Shown here piece after piece: positions 55,452 through 64,000 of a DNA stretch of 64,000 bases; within the stretch, counting starts at the first letter, position 1; the number at the start of each line of letters is the position of its first letter. The stretch is from Monocercomonoides exilis PA203 (lineage: Eukaryota > Protista > Preaxostyla), in contig LSRY02000002.1 of assembly GCA_001643675.2 (NCBI GenBank), forward strand, positions 372,001 to 436,000. Direction: 5' to 3'. The position numbers and the translations under genes were made by a program. The notes under the pieces were generated by a model. That model ran no database searches and was not told the origin of the DNA. It saw only the letters and a program-made list of their open reading frames with translations.

Positions 55452-55901
55452 CAGTCTATACCGGATATAATCACGTCGAATATAATCACATTCGTATATA
55501 GTCACATTTTTCCATGCACCGACGTTTTTGGCCTATTTTTCATTCAATTTCCATCGCATATAATCACATGGTTGAAAATATATAATCACATTTTTTATTA
55601 TTATGGGTGGATTTTTCATTGAAAAATCGACTTTTTGATCAAAATTTTCAGTTTTTCGATTTTTCAAAAATGTGCTCAAATAAGTCAAAATAATGTGTAT
55701 TTATGCAAAAAATTAATTTCGCAAGTGAAAAAAGTGTATTTGTGTAGAATTTCCAAAAATAAAAAAATCGACCCAAAATTAATTATTTCAAAAATTAATT
55801 TTTATTTTTTTCTGTGTAAAGCAGCATCGTATATTATCACAATCGGATATTGTCACAAAAAGTTGTGCAAAAACCGATGTGATTATATCCGGTTTGGACT
55901 G
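55452..55901. mobile_element. Non-autonomous Tc1/mariner-pogo-type MITE, 450 bp
   Basis: 27-bp TIRs: left CAGTCTATACCGGATATAATCACGTCG, right (reverse complement) CAGTCCAAACCGGATATAATCACATCG, 24/27 identical. TA flanks the right end and TT the left. Several internal TATAATCAC-like copies; no transposase ORF. Confidence 0.8.
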
Positions 55902-56725
55902 TAAATCAAAATCACCTTTTTTTTGAACTGTTTTCATCTATGTCCCATTGCGAATAATCGACATAAACGGAAATATCACAAAATACTATTTATTTATATT
56001 TTCAAAGATTTTGAATGATTTTTTTTACATTTTTTTATCACATTCAATTATGAAACAAAAAAATAAAATATGGGTTATTATTTTTGAAATCATAACTTTT
56101 TTCGGAGTGTTGATATTTCGAGGTTGCTCTCCACCGGGAAGAGATTTTGTTTAAAAATGCAAAAAATTATCAGAACTATATTTAAGACAAATGTTAGATC
56201 TGAATTTGAAACTACAATGTCTTTAATAATCCTTTTCTCTTTTCAGTGTTCTTTTAGTGATATTCAAGTGAAATTTTTTAACCGAAATATTTGAAAGAAA
56301 AAATATGATTACATAAATAATCTCCCATATAATGTTATAAAATAAAAAAACAAATAAATAAATCGATGTTTCGATTTTTTTCAAAGAAGAGAGGACATTA
56401 CAATTTCCATTTTTAATCAATAATAATTCATTAATTAAAAAATTCATAATTATTGACAAGAAGGTGGTTGAGATAATATCTGTTCAAAAAAAATTTCCAG
56501 TTCTGACAGTATTGTCGTTTTTTGCCTTTGAATAAAACTAACTTCATATTTCGAAACCTGATGTTTCATCTGATCATTTTTCTGCAAATGAATACATTAA
56601 TCTCTTCAAAGAAATCATTATTAAAACGGAGTTCAAATTGAATCCTTTTCCACTTCCCACCTTCACCAACAATGACAAGCAGCCTTCAACTTTATGTTTC
56701 CTATTACGAATGAAAAAACAAAAAA

Positions 56726-56757
<32 letters not shown>

Positions 56758-57049
56758 ATTTTCACTTTTAAAGTTTTTTGAAGAGTTTGAATTATTATAT
56801 TTATTTTTGAATTGATTTTGGATAAGAATGAAAATATTCTGTTTTCACGAAAAAATTCTTTTCCAAAATGAATCAATATTTGATAGATTTTAAATTTAAA
56901 AAATGTTAAATTTCATGTAAGATCTATATTTTTGAATATTTTTGTAGAGCTTTATTAAAAAGTCCATACAAAAAAAAAAAATTAAATAAAAAACTAAAAT
57001 TAATTATTTTTTATAATTTTTTTTAAATTTTGAATTAAAGGAATTATTA

Positions 57050-60000
57050 TTACTTTGCCACTCTGAAGCCATCATCATCATCATCATCGTTCGATTTTTT
57101 TGTTTTCTTTGCTTTTGTCTTTTCTTTTTTATTTGGTTTTTCCATTGTTTCTCCTTTCTTTTTGGCTAGCCATGCAGAAACCTTTTTCTTCTCTCCCGCT
57201 TCTTCATGCTTCTCCGATTCAGTTTTCTCAGAATCATATTCGACCGCAGGTGCTTTTCTTCCCCATTCATTCGCAGATTTCTCAGGTTCGTAGTCAACAG
57301 CTGGAGCTTTTCTGCCCCATTCATTTGCAGGTCTCTCGTGTTCATATTCAACAGCAGGAGCACGTCTTCCCCATTCATTTGCCGATCTCTCAGGCTCGTA
57401 GTCAACTGCAGGTGCTTTTCTGCCCCATTCATTTGAACTTTCAGAAGATTCAGATGGAGATGACGATTGCTGCATCCTCCGTGCCTTCCAAGATGGAACA
57501 GCTGTTGCTTTCGCTTCGCTGCTATCGTCTCCGCTTTCAACTGGAGAAGATGACGGAGATGGGTCAGGGGAGGATGATACAAGCCCTTTCTTCTTTTTCG
57601 CCCATTTGCTAGTGCTATTGTTTAATATATTTTCTCTCTTCAATCTTCTTTGCTCCTCTTCTTCTTTCATCTTTCTTTCCATTTCCTGTCTTTTTCTTTC
57701 CTCCTCCTCTTCTTCCTGTCTTCTTAATTCTTCTTCCTCTTGTCTTCTTCTTTCCTCTTCTTCTCTTCTCAATCGCTCTTCCTCTTCTCTCTGCTCTTCT
57801 TCTCTTCTTCTTATCTCCTCCAGCTCGCGCTCTTCTGCTTCCTTCTTTGCTTGCTCAATTCTGTGCGCATTATATTCGATTTTCCTGATAAACTCTTCTG
57901 CATCGGGAATCATCGGCAGCAGCTCCTGCTTCAGCTTTTGAAGGTTCTCAAACTCTTTTCTCTGCAATTCGGTCTTATCTTTCACAATCTTTTCGTAGTT
58001 TGCCAACCGTTCCTTCTCAATCGCTACCATCTCATCTCTTCTTCCTTGCTCCTCCTCTTCTCTGATGGCTCTCACTCTGTAATCGTGCATCTCCATTCGT
58101 GTACGTGCCTTCTTGTCATCTTCCAGCCTCTTTCGATTGATTTCCTGCCGTTTCTGCTCCACAAAACGGACAATCGCTGCTGCATCGTTTCTGTCAAGGA
58201 GCGTCCTCTCAATGACAATGTTGTGCATTGCTGCCTCATCTTTTGCTCTCTGGATACGCATCATGTCTTCGTGGTACCTCTTCTCCATCGCTTCCCGATC
58301 TGCTTGGATTTGAGCAGCTTCTTTCTCCTCCCTCTTTTTCTTCGACGCTTCCTGGCGGCGCTGTCTTTCCTCTTCTTCGATCATCTGCTTTCTCTTTGTC
58401 ACATCACGGTAGTCAACACGCAAGTTTTCTGTCTTTATTTTCTCCGCAAACCGTGCCTGAAGTGCTTCTTGTGTGTTAATAGCATTGTTAAACAGCTCCT
58501 GTCTCAGCTTGTCAGCACTCGAGTAAGTGGAGAGATATTTTGCATTTGCATATTCAGATGACGATGCAGAGCTGCTCTTCTCAGAACTACTTGATTTTCC
58601 ATCTGATGAACAAGACGCATTATCAATCAGCAGAACAGCGCCTCTCAGACGCTTCGCAAGCGACGGTAAAAAGTTCGAAAAAGGAGATGTCCCACCCAGA
58701 CGGATGGTTGTCGGAGCAGTTGAAACAGTACTAACAGTCGAAGTTAGACTCGATGAAGCTGAAGCAGAAGCAGAAGCAGATGCACTCTGTGCCTGCAATG
58801 CTGCAGTCTCCTCAGCACTGACGAAGACGTTCCAGCCGAACTGGACAGAGGAATAGCGATGACTAATACGGAAATGGAAGCCCAAGTTGTCTGACATCCA
58901 ACGAAGAAGAACTTCTATTTCTCGTTGGGACATGTTTGTATATTGGCAAAGATCAGCAATTTTCAATGATTGATAAACGCTTCCGCACTATGAAGAAAGA
59001 AATGAATGAATAAATAAGTGAATAATATCATAAAGTCGAATCATATTTCATAGTTGATAAAAGGAACAAAGTTGAAAAATCGAAACACAATGAAAAATTG
59101 TGAATGAAACAACAAAATTCAAAAATTAAAATACAATAAATATACAACAAATTAAAAACACAGTTTAATGAGAATACAAAAAAAGCAGTGACAAACCCTG
59201 AGAATCACAGCAATTCTGAGCATTTCTTTCAAGCGGTCAACATATTTCGCAAAGATACCATCAGATTCAGTTCCAAGGCGCTCGAGACATTTCGCTCCTT
59301 CTCTGCTCAGTTTGCGAGGAAGAAGACATTCTTCGAAAATTGAAAAGGTCTCTTGGATGAGAGGAGGCGCAACTGAAAGAAGATTTTGCTCTTTCTGCAA
59401 TTTAATAGGAAAAATTAAATGATTAAAAAAAAAAGATTAATTCAAAAAACATTCGAAAAATAAAATAAAACAGCAATAATATCAAACAATATGTGAAATG
59501 TATTCAGCGCGAGTCATGGTGGTTGTAGGTCCTAAAATAGAAGTCATCAGCCTCACTTTGTCTTTGTCCTGCTCAGTCTCTAACGCGACAGACACATTCA
59601 ATCCATCAGCAAAAGGAGCAGTTGTACCCTGTCTGAATGCAGACGATGACGAAGTCGAAGATGAAGTCCTCTCATTCAGAGCAGAAAATGGTGGGACCAC
59701 ATTGCGAGACCCTTCTGTGTGTGCTGTGTGTGAGCTGCAGATGGCTCCTAAGACAATGTGTGAAATCATTATCCCAGCTTCTTCTTGTGTCGGTGGCTTT
59801 TTCCCAGGCAGTAGACGCAGTTGCAATAACTTCAATTGTGCCTGAGAGTACCATCCGTATTCTTTAGCATCCCACAACAATCTGCTAAGAAGCTCATAAA
59901 ACTTCCTCATCACTGATGATCGAATCCCAACAGCTGATGGACCATTAACCTTCTGCGACGCCATACGAAGTTGCCAGAAATCTGCAACAAACACAAGCGC

Positions 60001-60835
60001 ATCTGCAAGAAGCCCCATTGAAAGTGCCACTTCAAGTGCATTCAGTCGGATCATCAACTGAACATGAAGACCTTCCTGATTTTGCAAAATTGCAGTAGAT
60101 GCTTGGCCAGAAAATAAAATAACTCCCTGAACGTGATATGATAGCTGCTCGCACAAGTAATATAATTCCTTCTTTCTATTTTCCTTCTTACAAAAATCAA
60201 GGGCCATATTAACGGTCTTTTGATAAATTCCATCAAGCTTCATATTTCCTTTTGTCATATCAAGAACAAATCTATACATATTCCACAAAAATCGTGCCCA
60301 TGGTCCAACAATTTCAGAGTTTATTTTTTCTGTGATCGCTTCATCTGGAATACCACTCAAAAACGTTGTAGTTGTCTGTGAGCTCGATGATTTTGCACGA
60401 ATATCAGCAATTTTTTTGGTAGCTTTAGCCTTCGCTGATTCATATTGATCCGTTGATTGCTTCAAAAGTTCTTCAAGTACATCTCCAAGTGATTGTGGTG
60501 CAGAAGATTGGGTGCTTAATTTATATTGTGAAAGACATTCTTTTATAAGATCATCTTTACGATTTTCAACAGAAAGCTTCACAAAGATCATTGCAGCCTC
60601 TTCAAGATCCTTATTCCATTCACGCCTTCGAGACAATGCTTGGTGCAAAGTGGAAAGTGCTGTGACTTTTTCTCCCACCTCAAGCATTTCTTTAAATAAA
60701 TAAGATTTTTTATACAAATACAACAAATGACAATTATCAAAAACAAAAAATATGCAATTATTACAATGTTTTGATATTAGCATGCACACTTTTTGCTTGG
60801 GCAATTTGCGTATCACCCCGAGAATAGTATGACAT
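57050..60835 (-). CDS. EIF3A: Translation initiation factor 3 subunit A
   Basis: Exons 60790-60835, 59488-60689, 59197-59394, 57050-58987. MLEVGEKVTALSTLHQAL..REW, IKECLSQYK, PWARFLWNMYRFVLD, VYQSLKIADL, long charged coiled coil with DYRVRAIREEE. Confidence 0.92.
57226..57440 (-). repeat. 54-bp coding tandem repeat x4 (NEWGR[K/R]APAV[D/E]Y..) in the eIF3a tail
   Basis: CCCCATTCAT recurs at 57261, 57315, 57369 and 57423 (period 54). Confidence 0.92.
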
Positions 60836-60895
60836 TGTTTTATTGATATCGCCAAATTCAAACAATGGCTAAGATCGACCGTTTGAAGTGTTTGA
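60836..60895. promoter_or_regulatory. Putative minimal bidirectional promoter (eIF3a / RSPH9)
   Basis: Head-to-head start codons only about 60 nt apart. Confidence 0.55.
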
Positions 60896-62539
60896 ATGGC
60901 TCAGATGGATTTTCAAGTTTGTCGCAAATTATTTCGTGATATTTGAATTACAAACAAATTATCCTTTTTCATCTATAAATTTCATTTAGCTTTATGATGA
61001 TGCTGGGGTGATATTTAGCCCACGAGACAAATCTCTTCTTCGTAACTCATTACCAATTTTAAAGGCTGAAAATAAACTTGGCTATGTTTGCAATTATTAT
61101 GAACTTATAAAATTTATATATTTATTATTTTTGATGATTTATTTGTTTTATGATTTTTATTATGAAAATGACAGATTCAATTCTGGGGAAAGATTGAAGG
61201 AGTTGTGAATGATTATTATATTGTTAAAGGCTGGGACGAATACATTGGCCCTGCTAGATTTTTTTATAGGTACATTTTTTTTCCTATCTTGGAAAGTAAA
61301 AAATTTTATTTGGATTAACAAATACATTGATCTTTTCATCCAAAAATTTCAGCACAAATTGTGCAGACTGGGCTCAAGTTCCAGAAGTAGATCCTCAAGT
61401 TGATGAATTATGCAAATATGAGCAAGGTCTTTTCATTGGAGATCCAACAGTGAAAACAAAATTTAGAGATTTGGTTTGTGTTGAACTTCATGCTAATTTT
61501 TAAATATTTTTGATAATGATATTATCTTAGATGAAATTAACAAAGAAGCAACCAACTGGAGAAGAAGGTGAAGAACCTATTGAACCTCCAGAAGAGGAAG
61601 AAGGAAAAGAAGAGGAAGCAGAGGAAGGAGCCGAAGAAGAAGATGGGGAAGAAAAACCAAAGAAAGTTCAAAAACCATTGAAATACTACACAGAGGACAA
61701 ACGTCTTGCAGTTGCTATTAAACACGTTTGGACAAAGATTTTCTGATTAAAAAATATAACTGTTTTTATTCTACGATATAACTTTTATATAATTTCACTA
61801 CATTTTTTTTGGATTTATTTGTTCACCATAATGTTCAGATCGAAAGACATTGCCAATCAGTTCCCATTGGCTACTTATACTTGAATTCAACTCACCACAT
61901 AAAACGAAACAAGACCTGGAAGGGCCTTTCGGAATTGGAATCTTTAAAACTTTCATCTTATCTTCACCAGCGAATGCCCCAGTCTCCGTTTATTAGGCAA
62001 AAGCTTGAGGTGAAAGGACTTTCAGATCCATTTGGATTTTTGGATCCTCTTGTTGAAGACAAGCCTGCTGGTATGAGCTTTCCACTTTAAAATCACAGAA
62101 AATTATGTCCATCATTTTTTAAATGAACTTATCAATTTTTTTGCGAATAAATGTCTATTTGACAGGTTGCTGGTCTCTTCAATACAACGGATTCGTCAAT
62201 CTTGTGCAGCTGCGTTCTCTGTTGTTCCCCGGATACCAGCTCTTCCTGAGGCCCAACGGCAGAACTTCTGTTGAATCAGGCAGTGACGACGAAGACGACG
62301 AGTTCGGTGGAAGTGCCTGGGGACAAGTGTATATTGGAAAAGGATTGATGAATGTAGACTTTCCATTTGAACTCCCCTCTGTTCCTATTGAGCAGACTTT
62401 CCCTCACCTTCTCGATGATATTCTCAAGGACAACGAAGCAGAAAGGAAGAAGAAAGAAGCTGAAGAAGCTGAAAGAAAGCGTTTGGAGGAAGAAGCACTG
62501 AGAGAAGCCGAGGAGGAACAAGAGGAAGAGCAGATGTAG
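60896..62539 (+). CDS. RSPH9: Radial spoke head protein 9
   Basis: Exons 60896-60916, 60990-61085, 61175-61269, 61353-61474, 61531-61725, 61839-62070, 62166-62539. FWGKIEGVVNDYYIVKG, GLFIGDP, EDKRLA, VPIG, WKGLS, FLDPLVEDKPAGCWSLQ, LRSLLFPG, VYIGKGLMNVDFPF. Confidence 0.93.
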
Positions 62540-62934
62540 TTAAATTTTTAATTTTTTGTTTTTGATGTAAAAGAACTCAATAAACACCTCACTTTTTCTT
62601 TTTCTTCTTCTGCACTCACTCTTATTATTGCTTTTCACAAAACAATCAGCTTGTAACTTATTTTTAATATAATTTTCTCATTGGAATATCAATGGGCTTG
62701 TGATCTAACATTCTATTTTGAAATTGGATTTCATAGCGCAAGGTTACGTTGCAAAGAGTGTGCAATTTGTTGCTATTCTATATTTTAAGGTTATGTTCTG
62801 AAATATAAAAATTTGATATTTCTCAAAACAATGAAATTTTACAAATGAACAAATTTGTTTTTCTTTTAAAAAAAATATGAACATTCCTTTTCATGAAATA
62901 GCAAGTTCAACGTACGTAATTTATATTGCATATA

Positions 62935-64000
62935 ATGGACAGAGTTGTTACAAAAGCTTCTCTTCGCCATCTTCAAGAAAATATTTCCAGATTACAAGTA
63001 TCTTTGAAACAATTTGAAGAGAGCACAAAAAGCAACCATCTATTTTTGCAAGTTTATTCTTCTTTGCGGAAAAAATGGCCTAGACACCAAGGAATCGCAA
63101 GTGTACTTACGGCTGAACATTTATTATCACTTCTTCAAAGTTATGATTCTATTGACGAATATCTGAAAATTGGCCTTCTGAGTACTATACTTGTTTCTTC
63201 AAAAAAGTTTATAAAACAAATTTCTCCATACGCGCAAAAATTTATCATGAAAACAATGAATGACGATCATATCCTGGTGTATTTTTTCGGTCATGTTGTC
63301 GAATCATTCTTATCAAGAGGGCAAATCACTTACAAAAGTCTTGAAACAATTTTTCCAAAATTAATGATGCAATTAGAAATCCTTCACGATTATATTCCAC
63401 CCGCTTCTGATTTTGGAAGATTGTTTAACCTTTATCCAAATCAACAGAAGTGTTCCGAAGATAGCACTTCTCGTCAATTTAAAGTTGCTAAAAATCTTCC
63501 AAACTTTCAGCGTTCTCTTTTTGAAGCAATTCCAGAAGCATCCATATTCCTTTACAGAAGTGACATTGACTATGATGAAAATGACAAGAACGATCAAAAA
63601 TGGTTCAACACAAATGATACCTCATTTTTGGATGAGTTTTGCACAGTGGAACTCGAAGAGCCAATCTCAAAGCCAAAAACTACATTTAAAATTTCGATGA
63701 GGCGCATGCCCCAGCCATTTTCCAAGACGCCTGCAAAGCCAACAGACGAAGTCAAACCACTAATCACACAAAATGGTGATTCTAGTATTCAAGACACAAA
63801 TGCCATCTCTTCTTTGCCAGCAGCATCACCTCAAAATCAAATTTCCCGCTCCTCTCTTTATCCTTCGTCTTATTCGTCCTCAAATATCACAGCAAACAAC
63901 ATCAACGACCACACTGACACCAAAGAAGAACTTTCTCCTTCTTCACTTTCCTCATCCACTTTTCCATCTGATCAAACACGCTCCATTTCCAAATCGCCTT
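62935..64000 (+). CDS. Partial gene; N-terminus resembles negative elongation factor A (NELF-A)
   Basis: ATG 62935 opens MDRVVTKASLRHLQEN...; I saw no stop, and its absence from the ORF track fits a frame open to the window end. It contains KWPRHQGIASVLTAEHLLSLLQSYDSIDEYLKIGLLSTIL...MNDDHILVYFFGHVVESFLSRGQI, followed by a Ser/Pro/Thr-rich region. The CDS is well supported; the NELF-A identity rests on manual alignment. Confidence 0.65.
   Translation, partial: MDRVVTKASLRHLQENISRLQVSLKQFEESTKSNHLFLQVYSSLRKKWPRHQGIASVLTAEHLLSLLQSYDSIDEYLKIGLLSTILVSSKKFIKQISPYAQKFIMKTMNDDHILVYFFGHVVESFLSRGQITYKSLETIFPKLMMQLEILHDYIPPASDFGRLFNLYPNQQKCSEDSTSRQFKVAKNLPNFQRSLFEAIPEASIFLYRSDIDYDENDKNDQKWFNTNDTSFLDEFCTVELEEPISKPKTTFKISMRRMPQPFSKTPAKPTDEVKPLITQNGDSSIQDTNAISSLPAASPQNQISRSSLYPSSYSSSNITANNINDHTDTKEELSPSSLSSSTFPSDQTRSISKSP

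Noticed and set aside
56100-56140. GC-richer hairpin, possible tRNA or snRNA fragment (also 62730-62770)
   Set aside because: No cloverleaf, A/B boxes, or Sm/C/D motifs could be supported.
54358-56876. Short K/F/I/N-rich ORFs in the intergenic region, possible transposase remnants
   Set aside because: They arise from homopolymers and AT-rich sequence; no DDE, HTH or RT motifs are visible.
57226-57440. Regularly spaced repeat resembling a CRISPR array
   Set aside because: It is an in-frame coding tandem repeat without unique spacers, in a eukaryotic context with no cas genes.
60690-60861. Listed N-terminus of the 459-aa ORF
   Set aside because: It is mostly intron read-through; the ATG at 60835 plus intron 60690-60789 gives a normal eIF3a start.
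1-64000. TAA/TAG-to-Gln recoding, known in some oxymonads
   Set aside because: Conserved genes end at the expected positions with TAA (PFDN3, RPS4), and multi-kb ORFs contain no in-frame TAA/TAG.

Overview
AT-rich, intron-containing eukaryotic DNA using the standard genetic code. Gene families and short GTTTG/GTATG..AG introns point to an oxymonad (Metamonada), most likely Monocercomonoides (inference, not a database match). About 13 protein genes in order: a giant >4,500-aa minus-strand ORF running off the window start (1-13613, missing from the ORF track); a 2581-aa beta-helix receptor with a degenerate kinase tail; a TFIIIC B-block subunit homolog (GTF3C1/Tfc3) that seems to lack its N-terminal part; a hypothetical protein; prefoldin 3; a catalytically dead MCM paralog (MCMDC2-like); ribosomal protein eS4; a small hypothetical protein; a divergent importin-alpha; two more beta-helix surface proteins; eIF3a; RSPH9; and a partial gene at the window end (also missing from the track) whose N-terminus aligns by eye with NELF-A, a Pol II pausing factor subunit. 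The 54-57 kb intergenic region holds a 450-bp Tc1/pogo-type MITE. Several genes have candidate introns just downstream of their stop codons. All homology calls are from recalled motifs and manual alignment, and exon structures were deduced by hand.
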